A DNA stretch of 48,594 bases from positions 1 to 48,594 of the forward strand of contig MRSU01005896.1 in the NCBI GenBank assembly GCA_008369845.1, written 5' to 3'. This document shows positions 32,101 through 42,572 of the stretch, piece by piece. Source of the stretch: Trichomonas gallinae (Eukaryota). Below the pieces are notes generated by a model. It saw only the letters and a program-made list of their open reading frames with translations. It was not told the DNA's origin and did no database searches. The position numbers and the translations under genes are program-made. How positions within the stretch are numbered: the first letter of the stretch is position 1; the number at the start of each line of letters is the position of its first letter.

Positions 32101-32748
32101 GAAAAAATATTCTGATATGAATTAGGAAATAATGAATTTTTCAATTTTTTACCATTTTTTGATTGTTTCATCCTCAAAAACTCAATAAATCGAAATTTTA
32201 AATAGGCGAATTATATTGGTTATACAAAATGAGCCTATATGAATATATTGTATCCTTTTTTATCAAGAATTCAAGGATTTTTTCCATCATCAAATTCATT
32301 TGATGTTTTTCTCGATATCTTCCCAACAGATTCCATTTATATTCATTATATGAATTCTATAGTAGTTGAAGAAATGATTATGTTGAAATCTAGATAAACT
32401 ATAAGTGATTAAAAGAGAAATGAAAAGATTATTTTGTAATGTTCAAAATTAAGGTAAAATACAATGCGTAAAGAGATATAGACACGAAAAACATAAAATA
32501 AATTTTATAAACAAAAAAATTTTTAAAAGAGGGGCAGACACCAAATTATATTCGTTATTATTAAAAATCCGTCACTTTTTAATATATTAGTTTATTTGGA
32601 TCTGGTTTTATGAATAATAACTAAAAATACATTTTTACATTATGTCACTTTTCACTTTACAAACGTTTCTAAACGTAAACGTGTCAGTTTTTCCTTTACA
32701 AACGAGATTAGCACTTTTTAGAAAATCATTATAATAAATTTATAAAAA

Positions 32749-34860
32749 ATGACTGAAGAAGACATTCGCACGAGGATTCAAGCGGGTGAACTCATCCCAA
32801 TGTCATTATCTATCACTCCACTTCAACAGGTTCTGGAGGATATCTTAGACTTGATAGGCAAACACGAGAAAAGCATCAATTCTATCTTAGAAACGCTTCC
32901 TTCTAAAACCGACAAGGCCGAACTAGACTCATTACGCGAAACTGTCGACAATAACAAGGCAGATGCTGATGCAAAGATCGATGACTTACAAAAACTTATT
33001 AATGATAAGAGCACAGAGCTTCAAAAACAGATCGAGGATGCTAATGCACGCACAGAGGCATCATTGAAGGACGCAAATGACCGTATTGACGGTACAGAAG
33101 CCCAATTATCAAAATTAAGTCAAGATCTCAAGGAATTAGAAGACAAAATTAACGCAGACTTGGAGAAAATCGGAGGTAAAGTTGAAAAATTAGATGAAAC
33201 CGCTCAAGATCACGAAAAACGTATTACAGATTTAGAAAATCGCACAGTTCCAGGATCTTCTCCAGGTTCTTCCAATCAATCTAACGTTACTAACAATGAT
33301 GCTCCTGCTGGATCACAAAATTCAAATTCAAATAACGATAATCAAAACTTTTCTACAAACAATGGCCCAATCAACTCTGGATCAAGTGGATTCGATCCAA
33401 ATATGTTAAACGAGTTGAAGCAAATGATTAATAACAATTCCGATAAGATTAAAGATAATACAGAAAGAATCCGCGCATTAGAGAATGCTCAGTTCAACAT
33501 TCCAGGTGCTACATCAGGAGCTTCTTCATCTGCACAAGATTCTCAGGCTTCTGATGCAGCCGGTTCTGGTGCATCAGCATCTGCTTCTTCTTCCAATGCA
33601 GCGACTACATCTGATGGCAATTTGGCCAATGCAGTTGGTTTACTTGGCAGAAGATTGAACTCAGCAGAAGGATCTCTTTCCAATCTCGAGAAACAACTCA
33701 AAGTTTTGCAAGATAGGCTCAAGAATGTAAATGGAGCTGGACATTCCGGCTCTGGCTCAGGTGCAGGATACAATGGATCTGCTGCAGGCCATAATGCTTC
33801 AAATGCAGGCCACGGGGCAACAATACAACATATGGGACCAGGATCTGGCGCAGGCGCAACTTCACGCGACTACGCCGGAAACATGCATGGATCTGGCGAT
33901 AATGGATATGCAAACAACCAAAATCTCAACGGATTGAATTCCAACGCATCAAATCTCAACGGTTCCAATCAGAATCAGTCTGGTTCCAACAATAATCTTC
34001 ATGGTGGAAACCAGAATCTCAGTGGCGCAAATCAAAATGCTGCATCAAATCAGAATCAATCTGGATTTAACCAGAATCTTTCAGGATCCAATGGAAATGC
34101 ATCCGGTTCCAACCAAAACCTCTCAGGATCCAATGCAAACGGAAATCAAAACAATCAAGTCGGAGACCATATTGACGGCTCTAATCAGCAGTCCAATGCT
34201 CAAGGATCTAACGGAAGCTCATCAGGCAACAATGGAGAAGACTTTGCACCACGTCCACCATCATCATCCTCCAAATCATCACCACGCACGTCAAATCTCC
34301 AGCCGCTTCCAGACCTAGCGTCGCCAGATCAGTCTGAAGCCCTCTCGCAGCTCAGGCAGCGTCTTGCACAGCTCGAGCAGCAGCTCACTGACAACGCGAA
34401 CAACATGAACGAGGAGATGAAGAAGCTGACGAGAGATCTCAACGACAGACCGGACAGGGCACTTATCGAGCGCCTGTTCGAGAAGTTCAAGTCCAGCCTC
34501 GGCAACGTTGTGCAGATGGTGCAGGCTAAGGAGGGCAACGACAGACAGCTCGCTTCGATGGATGACATCAAGCGCCTCGAGACTCTTATAAAGAACATAA
34601 CACAGGAGTTCGACGAGGCCGCAGCCGCAAGAAAGTGCACGAAGTGCCTCAGCTGCGGTATGGGATACAGGACAACAGCCGGATCAATTCAGGACTCCGA
34701 GACTGCAGCAATTCTCGGAGCAGCACCTGTTTCTCATGTCACGCAGATGCCAGGAAAGCCTGCTTTCGTCTACGGCACAGACAATGAGCTTTACTACTCG
34801 ATGAACGGAACAGGAAAACCATTCGTCTCACCAAGGAGAGAAGTTACATCGAGTAAGTAA
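32749..34860 (+). CDS. Coiled-coil protein with N/G/S-rich repeats and C-terminal CLSC motif (QRICH2/C16orf96 DUF4795-like)
   Basis: 703-aa ORF with coiled coils flanking a low-complexity insert; C-terminal FDEAAAARKCTKCLSC and VYGTDNELY. The CDS is certain; the family call is tentative. Confidence 0.7.
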   Translation: MTEEDIRTRIQAGELIPMSLSITPLQQVLEDILDLIGKHEKSINSILETLPSKTDKAELDSLRETVDNNKADADAKIDDLQKLINDKSTELQKQIEDANARTEASLKDANDRIDGTEAQLSKLSQDLKELEDKINADLEKIGGKVEKLDETAQDHEKRITDLENRTVPGSSPGSSNQSNVTNNDAPAGSQNSNSNNDNQNFSTNNGPINSGSSGFDPNMLNELKQMINNNSDKIKDNTERIRALENAQFNIPGATSGASSSAQDSQASDAAGSGASASASSSNAATTSDGNLANAVGLLGRRLNSAEGSLSNLEKQLKVLQDRLKNVNGAGHSGSGSGAGYNGSAAGHNASNAGHGATIQHMGPGSGAGATSRDYAGNMHGSGDNGYANNQNLNGLNSNASNLNGSNQNQSGSNNNLHGGNQNLSGANQNAASNQNQSGFNQNLSGSNGNASGSNQNLSGSNANGNQNNQVGDHIDGSNQQSNAQGSNGSSSGNNGEDFAPRPPSSSSKSSPRTSNLQPLPDLASPDQSEALSQLRQRLAQLEQQLTDNANNMNEEMKKLTRDLNDRPDRALIERLFEKFKSSLGNVVQMVQAKEGNDRQLASMDDIKRLETLIKNITQEFDEAAAARKCTKCLSCGMGYRTTAGSIQDSETAAILGAAPVSHVTQMPGKPAFVYGTDNELYYSMNGTGKPFVSPRREVTSSK
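33913..34155 (+). repeat. Degenerate 21-nt (7-aa, NQNLSGS-like) coding tandem repeat
   Basis: NQNQSGS NNNLHGG NQNLSGA NQNAAS NQNQSGF NQNLSGS NGNASGS NQNLSGS; DNA units such as AACCAGAATCTTTCAGGATCC and AACCAAAACCTCTCAGGATCC. Confidence 0.85.
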
Positions 34861-35329
34861 TTTTCTGTTTATTATTGATTTCGCAAACATTTTTTTATAT
34901 AAACATCTTATTCTTATTTTTTATGTCTAATTTTAATTTTTAAAAACTCGTCATATCCTGCTTTCAACTAGTTTTAATGTTCGAACTGATTCAGTGCATT
35001 GGTTGAAAATGGGAGCTGGAACAACGATTTTTCAGAAAATAATGATCAAATTGCTTCTTTTTTTTGTTTCAGGTTCAATGTTTACCGTATCAAAAGAGTT
35101 ATTGATCATTGATGAATCAGACAAGACTTTTTGTTTCAAATCGATAATTTTCTTCTAAGTTATCCCAAAATATGTTATTACCCTCGAAAACGACGATGAT
35201 GAATTATAGTATCCATTTTTTTTATTTTGTTTCGAATAACCTATAATGCAAATGATTAAGTAGACTTGAGCGTTGTGAAATATTGTTGTTTGACAAAATC
35301 ACTAAATCAAATAAACTTTACATTAAAAT

Positions 35330-36676
35330 TTAAAAGTCTGGGTTAAGAGTTGCTGCGAATTGTCCAAGCGCAGCAACAACAGTGTCTAGTTGCAATATTT
35401 TCATTCTCATTACCTTGTCAAGCACTTCATGCAAGTTCGGAAATCTCCATTTGGTTCTTCCAATTGTTCTGATGTCAGTTGGCTCAGTGTGTATCTCTCC
35501 AGACATCGCCAATGCATTTGCGATCTTAGAAACTTTGCTGAACGATATCAATGCGACAGCGCATAATCTTCTGAATGGATACTGCAGCTCTTCGTCCATA
35601 GAATTAGTCGCAACAGTCATTACAACGAAAGGTTTCGGCGCGTAGTTATATCTGATTGCCCAGATTGTCAACAACTGCAGTGCTGCAGCAGCGAGGTACT
35701 CGTTGCGGCTGCGAGCGTCGTTGTTGATCATAGACAAAACTTCAGGAAGAACATTCTCCGGTGATGCGTGAGATAATATGTAATACCTCAGGAATACGAA
35801 GCCCTCCTTGGATAGCTCAGAGCCTTCTTCATTTGTGAAAGGTGGTGGGCGGGTGAGCTGCTGGCAGACATTAGTAACAACTGTTTTTTCGACATCGAGG
35901 AAGTTTTGTTTCGGTTGTGCCGCGAGCCACTCAACGTGCTCGAGTTTCTCCGGTGCCTCTGAGTGAGCGAAGAAGCGGAGCACGACAGGCTTGTTCCAAA
36001 AGGCTGGATATAGGAGTGTTGATGATTTGACGTCATAATGAGTGACTGGATTCTTTCCGAGGAACCAGTCAGCGAATTCTTCCTCCGGGATGTTCTGCTG
36101 CATTTCGGCTGATGAGAGCATCATGCCAATAGCGCAATGGGCTGTAAGTTCGCGAAGTGAAGGGCGAATTTCGGGAATCAAGTTTTGCATTAATGTGTTA
36201 TTTAAGCAGAAAATGCGGAGAAGGAGTTCACCTGCACGCCTGCTCTTCTGTATTGATGTTGCTTCGCGGAGAATGACAATAGAGTGTGGTGGATTAGAAA
36301 TGTATTCAGCAAAACGGTTTGGATCGTGGAGGAACAACATCAAAAGGATGTCGAGCGCTTTTGTCTTTGGATACTTGCAAAATGGAAACAGGATTTTAAG
36401 AACATTTGGCTGATCAAAGAAAAAGCTGACACTCTGCTGATGATACATCAAAGCCTGATTGATAAGTTCGATAATTGGTGTGTATAGGACAGACGTAGTC
36501 CTCTGATCGCCCAACGAAGCAAGCATCGTAGGAGTGAGGTTAACTAAAATATATTCCGGAAGCTCTTTCACGTATTGGAGTAATTCCGTGTAAGAATCGG
36601 CAAGATTTTCGTTAGGATTCTTAGTGATAAAACGAAGAATTTCGTTCACGCGAATTTGGATTTTCTCAGAATCCAT
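35330..36676 (-). CDS. Hypothetical alpha-helical (possibly ARM/HEAT-like) protein, 448 aa
   Basis: Long Leu-rich amphipathic ORF with a GTCACTTTT box (36719-36711) upstream. No family motif recognised. Confidence 0.8.
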   Translation of the reverse strand: MDSEKIQIRVNEILRFITKNPNENLADSYTELLQYVKELPEYILVNLTPTMLASLGDQRTTSVLYTPIIELINQALMYHQQSVSFFFDQPNVLKILFPFCKYPKTKALDILLMLFLHDPNRFAEYISNPPHSIVILREATSIQKSRRAGELLLRIFCLNNTLMQNLIPEIRPSLRELTAHCAIGMMLSSAEMQQNIPEEEFADWFLGKNPVTHYDVKSSTLLYPAFWNKPVVLRFFAHSEAPEKLEHVEWLAAQPKQNFLDVEKTVVTNVCQQLTRPPPFTNEEGSELSKEGFVFLRYYILSHASPENVLPEVLSMINNDARSRNEYLAAAALQLLTIWAIRYNYAPKPFVVMTVATNSMDEELQYPFRRLCAVALISFSKVSKIANALAMSGEIHTEPTDIRTIGRTKWRFPNLHEVLDKVMRMKILQLDTVVAALGQFAATLNPDF

Positions 36677-36729
36677 TTTTTATATATACGAAATTTACAA
36701 AACTTTATATAAAAGTGACAAATCTTTTT

Positions 36730-37153
36730 TTTTGATCAAGTTTGATAAAATTTTGACAAAAAATAACATTATTTGACATGTAAATCATACAAATTTCTAC
36801 TAAATATGACAATCCGTCATGTAAAACTTTTTTTCCCCTTTTGATCAAGTTTCGTAAAATTTTGACAAACCGACAATATCTGACATGTAAATCACAAGCG
36901 TTTCTATTAAATATGACATGTCAATCATAATGATTGTGAACTTCTTCAGGGTGTGCATCCATTTGGAACTAAATCTCGAAATTCCTGTTTTCGCTAGTTA
37001 TTAAAATGACATACACTTTTTATTCTATAACTATAAATCATTCTTTGTTCTCTCTCTTTATATCGAATTTTATAAATTTTTGACAAAAACCAATATGATT
37101 TGACATGTAAATCATACAAATTTAAATAAAAATGACAGTGCGACATGTAAAAC
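36730..37153. repeat. Three degenerate direct copies of a ~90-110 bp intergenic unit
   Basis: Copies at ~36730-36827, ~36839-36920 and ~37065-37153 share AATTTTGACAAA...TGACATGTAAATCA...AAATATGACA in order. Copies 1-2 share TTTTGATCAAGTTT; copies 1 and 3 share the terminal CATGTAAAAC. Confidence 0.85.
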
Positions 37154-38556
37154 TATTTGCATAGCTACTAGTTCTTTAAGATTTCGCACACATTTGACTT
37201 GATTCTCATATCAAGATAATCTATTTTCTTAATTGATGATTTCTCATTATTGATTTTGATCTTTTCATAATATTTTTATTTCAAGTTTTTATGGACATTT
37301 CTCGTTCATTGGTACAAAGTTTCACGCATAAGAATTTAATTCATGATTTTCTTTCTTCTTTTTCGTCAATTTATCATGAAATATATATCACTACGTATTT
37401 TGCAGGAGATGAATGAACACAATAATAGTTTGCATGAACATTATGTCTAACTTAACTATTTTCGGAAGAAAAATGAAACTTTTATCAACTTATTAAAATT
37501 AGAAAACCGAGTATCTCAAAACAAGTCCCAAATCATTAGTTTTTACTGATGTTAAACAAATATCGCGTTTCTACGAGTTGAAATATAATTTTATTATCTT
37601 GAAATGATAACAAACAAAATGTTAAGTTGGACTATTCCTTGCTGATAGATTTCTGCTAGCTGATTTAAACTTCCGATTAATATTTCGAATTGAATTTTGT
37701 CCTTTGTCAGTAATAATTCTGGAAAATACTATTTGATGCCATGAATTTTATATTCTACAAGCGTATGAGCCATGAAAATGGATGAAATTAATGCTCATGA
37801 TTAACTATGGTTGATAAATTGTCAATCTGTCATCGTTTCTGTGCTATGTGCAAAGTCCAGCATTGATGTGAATTTTGCGTGAATCGTTGCCGTCAGCTGT
37901 AGACAATTTCCTTCACAAAATCTGGTCATATGAATAAAAGCGGGAACTGGGACGGTACATACCATATTAGCAGAAAATCGCTTCATTTTTCCCGGATCTT
38001 GTTAGAGATAAATGTTGCCAAAACGAAGCACAAAAAACCACGAACTTTCTTCTATATTTTTGTGTTCTTTGGAGCACATTTCTGCATTTACAATTGCTCA
38101 AGCTACCAGATGTATACATTTTTTGAATTTCTTATTAGCATTTCTGACAGAAATGCAACTTTTTTATGGATAAACCATCTTTTCTCGATAGTATATCTGG
38201 AAATGCTGTAGTTTCGAAGACCATCATTGATAAAAGGATAAGCCACTTTTTTGGAACTTTTGACATTATAAAGTGTGGCATATCATTTATAAAATCCCAA
38301 TATGCTAAAAATTGACAAATTTGAAACAAAATTAGTCACTATTGTTATTGCAACATGATATTTACGATAAGAATACAAAATTATTTTTATGTGTGTCAAA
38401 ATTTTTTTATATTTCATATTAAGTTGTTTAACGGCCGAAGAGCCACCGAAAACATAAAAAGAGACAAAAAAGTCATTAAAAATTTTTGTAAACCGTCAAG
38501 GGTTGTTCTCAAAAATTGACTGACTGAAATTTGGCAGAAACATCATAACGATATAT

Positions 38557-38946
38557 ATGGAATCAGCTGATTCGAAGAATGCAAAGTCCCGCCAAAAGCC
38601 GGTCCGCAAGGCTAGGTTCATTTATGCTCCCTGGCAGTACATGCCGAATATGATGCTCCCGGAACGCCCAATTATGATTCAAGAACAACCAGTTACGCTC
38701 AAACCACAGAATAAACCTAAAGTCGTTGATACGGCAAATATGAAGCATAGTATATCAGAACCAAACTTGATGCTTAACTTCGATTTGCCTAAAATTGAAA
38801 AAGTCGATACTACTCAAAGGACTAATCCGCCTGGAAACTTCGACATCATTTCACGTGGTAATTTACCATCTATTTCTTTCGTTCATGGCAACGTTATCGT
38901 AGAACCAGCTCCACCGCACTCCGATATTGCTGCTGCATTTAACTAA
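38557..38946 (+). CDS. Hypothetical Pro-rich protein, 129 aa
   Basis: ATG 15 nt after an Inr-like TCATA; GC-richer than flanks; no known motif. Confidence 0.7.
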   Translation: MESADSKNAKSRQKPVRKARFIYAPWQYMPNMMLPERPIMIQEQPVTLKPQNKPKVVDTANMKHSISEPNLMLNFDLPKIEKVDTTQRTNPPGNFDIISRGNLPSISFVHGNVIVEPAPPHSDIAAAFN

Positions 38947-39167
38947 TAGAGTTAGTTATATATATGGCTTAGATTCAAGCCCATACATTTGTATTCTTAA
39001 ATCTTTATGTATACAGAATTTCATAAATCATAATTTTTTTTCCTGTAATCAAATGGAAACAACTTGATAAGTGTGTTGAGATAGCGGCGTTCTTTTAATA
39101 TTCAATGAGAAAATATAGGTTTTGCGATAAAATAAAAAATAACAATACATTTTAAAAACAAAGAAAT

Positions 39168-40112
39168 CTATAATCTGGCGAAGTGCCTGTTGAGCACATC
39201 AACAGGCAGCGCTAATACCGGGTCAATCTTTGGCAGATTGAAGCATCCAAACAGAGATAACCCTGCACAACCGAAAAATGTGTGATATGGATCTGCATGA
39301 TTACCGGGACGATCTGCAATTCCGCCCTTTTCCGGATCTTGGGCGGTTAATATGAAATCTCTCAGTCTTTCGACATCAACTTTTTCATATTCATTCATAA
39401 TAGCAATTGATGCACCTGCCCACCAGGAATAGCATACATCGGAGTCCTTTTCCGGTCTGCCATTGAATCCACCGTCAAGCGTTTGTCGTTCAGATAAAAA
39501 CAAGCGAAGTTTGATATTATCTGCTCTTTCAAGCGCGTTGGCAATTTTTAGTGCAGCAAGTGCAGTATATGTCTGACCACAATGTGATTCGCTGTGTGGA
39601 AAACATCCAAAGCCGCCATCCCAATTTTGGCATTTCAATAGCCATTCTACAGCCAAATTAACGTCAATGACATCAAGCCTGTTTAGTAATTTAAGGATTG
39701 CAAATGCGCAAAATGTAAATTTAGTATCTACTTCTCCATCCCATTGACCGTTCGAGAAAGAACCATCTTTGTTCTGTAATTTAGCGACCCATTTAACTAT
39801 TGGCTCAGGATCTATTAAATCGAAACGGTTATATAGTATTAATGTTTGAATTACTGATAAAGTATTATGAATATTTGATCCTAATCCAATGTTTCCGGCA
39901 AAAACGCCATCCTTCGTTTTGCATTTCATGAGGAAATCAATTGCTTCGTCTTTATCTAATTGATCTAATGATCCCATTAAATACAAAGCACTCGAAGCCC
40001 AATAATAATTATTGGAACGCATTGATACTGTCATCCAGTATGCTAACGATTCTTTATCTTTTATCAATTCCAATATAAATTTTGTATTCTTTTCCTTATC
40101 GAAAGTAGACAT
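39168..40112 (-). CDS. RABGGTB: Rab geranylgeranyltransferase (type II) beta subunit
   Basis: Prenyltransferase repeats (LQNKDGSF, CQNWDGGFG, GGFNGRPEK), ESHCGQ, Zn ligands DVCYSWW and DPYHT, GGIADRPG. Confidence 0.93.
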   Translation of the reverse strand: MSTFDKEKNTKFILELIKDKESLAYWMTVSMRSNNYYWASSALYLMGSLDQLDKDEAIDFLMKCKTKDGVFAGNIGLGSNIHNTLSVIQTLILYNRFDLIDPEPIVKWVAKLQNKDGSFSNGQWDGEVDTKFTFCAFAILKLLNRLDVIDVNLAVEWLLKCQNWDGGFGCFPHSESHCGQTYTALAALKIANALERADNIKLRLFLSERQTLDGGFNGRPEKDSDVCYSWWAGASIAIMNEYEKVDVERLRDFILTAQDPEKGGIADRPGNHADPYHTFFGCAGLSLFGCFNLPKIDPVLALPVDVLNRHFARL

Positions 40113-40760
40113 ACAAATATAATGACTTTTAACCTAATGAATTCCTATGCATTAAGCCAAAGAACATGATTTGAAAGGAGTTTAGTCTTATAAAGCCAAA
40201 TATATTTGCCTTAATTTTTATTTGCTTTAATTTCTGATTTTTAATATGAAATGAATTATATAGGACTATTTCAATAAATATACACAATCATATGATTCAA
40301 TCTCGAATATAAATTTAATTTTTCAAATCTTTAATCATCCATTTTAAAAATTAAAGCTCTACATAAACCTATTACAAATATATAAAGATTTTTGATTATT
40401 AAATTATATTCATTATTTTCAATAAAATTATTAATGGAACCGGCAAATTCCATTGATCAAATACAATGGCTCTGAAATAGTTATAATATATTTAAGTGCA
40501 ACTAATGACAGAATAATAATTTCAAAATTTCAACAGCAAATCTTAATGCAACAGCCAATTCTGCATATGAAAAATGGCAATATGAGACTAAATTTTGTTA
40601 TACGTGTTTCCGAAATGATCCATATTAAAAGAATTCGAAAAAAATTATTAAAAAAATGACAATCACATTTTTTTGGCCAAAACGTGTTTTTCTGGCTATT
40701 TAAGGCCACAAGAGGCCCAAAAATGCAAAAAATGAGATTAGCTGCAGGTTGTCAAAAATG

Positions 40761-40776
40761 AGCGGTTTTGGCCACT
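40761..40776 (+). promoter_or_regulatory. M3-like AGCGGTTT element followed by an Inr-like CCACT, upstream of enolase
   Basis: AGCGGTTT at 40761-40768 and CCACT at 40772-40776, 9 nt before ATG 40785. Confidence 0.5.
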
Positions 40777-40784
40777 TTATACAA

Positions 40785-42233
40785 ATGTCTGCTGATAAGG
40801 TTGCTGAGACCAAAACATACATCGATACATCAAAGGTTCGTGAAGTTCTCCAGGAGGGCCTCAACATGGCACTCGAAACTAAGCCAGAAGACTTAGCCGG
40901 CTACCTCTCGAAATTACTTGAAAATCGCGCTCTTCCACCAACAATCCATCACCTCGTTGGCCGTGAAGTCCTCGACTCCCGCGGCAATCCAACAGTCGAA
41001 GTTGATGTCTACGCAAACTTGTGCGGCAGAGTTATTCTTGCCGGCCGCTCCTCTGCTCCATCCGGCGCCTCCACAGGCTCTAACGAGGCCGTTGAGCTCC
41101 GTGATAAGGATCCAAAGCGCTACAACGGCAAGGGTACATTAAAGGCTGCTAAGAACGTCACCGAAATCATCTCACCAGCTCTAAAGGATCTCCCATTAGT
41201 CGATCTTCTCGACCTCGATATGAGAGTCCGCAAACTCGACGGCACAGAACTCAAGACAAAGCTTGGTGGCAACGCTGTCACAGCTACATCATTCGCTCTC
41301 GCAGAATCTGCTGCTAAGCTCTTCGAGGAACCACTCTTCCTTTACCTCGCTCGCCAGTTCCACAAGGAAATGCCAGAGAAGTTCCACCTCCCACAGCCAT
41401 TCTTCAACATCCTTAATGGTGGTAAGCACGCTGGTGGCAACCTCAAGCTCCAGGAGTTCATGGTTGCTCCATCAACAGACTATCCATTCCCAGACCAGCT
41501 CCGCATGGTCGCTGAGGTTTACCAGAAGCTCGGCGCTAAGCTCGCTAAGGAATACGGCGTTTCCGCTAAGAACCTTGGTGATGAGGGTGGCTACGCTCCA
41601 CTCCTCAACTCCCCAGAGGAAACACTCACAATCATCGAATCCGCTATCAAGGATGCTGGCTACACACCAGGCAAGGACATCTTCATCGGCCTCGATGCTG
41701 CATCCTCCGAGTTCTACAATGAGGAGAAGAAGATCTACGAAGTCGAAGTCGGCGTTTTCAAGACAGGCCTCGAGATGATCGAGTACTGGAAGGCCCTCGT
41801 CGAGAAGCACCCAGCTATCATCTCCATCGAGGATGGCCTCCACGAGAAGGACTACGAGCACTGGAAGCTCCTCAACGAAGCTCTCGGTGATAAGATCCAG
41901 CTTGTTGGTGATGACCTTTACACAACAAACCCGAAGACAATCGAGAAGGGCCTCAAGGGCAAGTGGTGCAACGCCCTCCTCCTCAAGGTCAACCAGATCG
42001 GTACAATTTCCGAAGCTATGAAGTCCGCCTCCCTCATTCTCGAGGCTGACCAGAACGTAATGGTCTCACACCGCTCTGGTGAAACATGCAATTCCGTCAT
42101 CGCTGACCTCGCTGTCGCCATCGGCGCTCAGTCCATCAAGACTGGCTCAACAGCTCGCGGAGAACGTATCCAAAAGTACACACGCCTCCTTCAGATCTAC
42201 GAGTACCTTAAGGAACACGATATGCTCGAATAA
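40785..42233 (+). CDS. ENO: Enolase (2-phosphoglycerate dehydratase) with N-terminal extension, 482 aa
   Basis: REVLDSRGNPTVEV, PSGASTG, NGGKHAG, LQEFM, GDEGG, SIEDG, VGDDL, LLKVNQIG, SHRSGET, IKTG: all catalytic and Mg ligands present. Very strong codon bias. Confidence 0.98.
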   Translation: MSADKVAETKTYIDTSKVREVLQEGLNMALETKPEDLAGYLSKLLENRALPPTIHHLVGREVLDSRGNPTVEVDVYANLCGRVILAGRSSAPSGASTGSNEAVELRDKDPKRYNGKGTLKAAKNVTEIISPALKDLPLVDLLDLDMRVRKLDGTELKTKLGGNAVTATSFALAESAAKLFEEPLFLYLARQFHKEMPEKFHLPQPFFNILNGGKHAGGNLKLQEFMVAPSTDYPFPDQLRMVAEVYQKLGAKLAKEYGVSAKNLGDEGGYAPLLNSPEETLTIIESAIKDAGYTPGKDIFIGLDAASSEFYNEEKKIYEVEVGVFKTGLEMIEYWKALVEKHPAIISIEDGLHEKDYEHWKLLNEALGDKIQLVGDDLYTTNPKTIEKGLKGKWCNALLLKVNQIGTISEAMKSASLILEADQNVMVSHRSGETCNSVIADLAVAIGAQSIKTGSTARGERIQKYTRLLQIYEYLKEHDMLE

Positions 42234-42572
42234 ATACAATAATTATTATTAATTTAATAAAAATCTTATAGTTTTTATGACCAGTTTTTGAACCAGCACC
42301 AACAATATCATGGAAAATGGCCTTTTTCTCAAATCTAAAATTTTTCATCAGTGAAAAATCACCTAAAATGAACCGAATAGATTGAAACATAACCAATATA
42401 TTCTTGTGCTGCAAAATGCGTTTTTATCATGTGAATATTAAGATTTACTAAAAAATCGAATTCTTTTTTTTTAAATAAAAGTTCATGTGCTATGCTGTTA
42501 TGCATGACATTTTTAATTGATTTTGTTTCACTTCATTTCTTGGAAGAAATTATTATTATTTTTTAGTTATAT

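Noticed and set aside
36730..37153. Repeat cluster as a CRISPR-like array
   Set aside because: Units are long, degenerate and irregularly spaced, the context is eukaryotic, and there are no cas genes.
37930..38329. Short ORFs 37930-38211 (+) and 38135-38329 (-), and 40453-40659 (+)
   Set aside because: AT-rich, no codon bias, no motifs. At most decayed sequence.
40749..40784. Track N-terminal extensions from TTG/GTG or upstream starts (enolase, FDP, 15906, 26293, 892)
   Set aside because: Eukaryotic context: the extensions run through promoter or Inr motifs, so the first downstream ATG was used.
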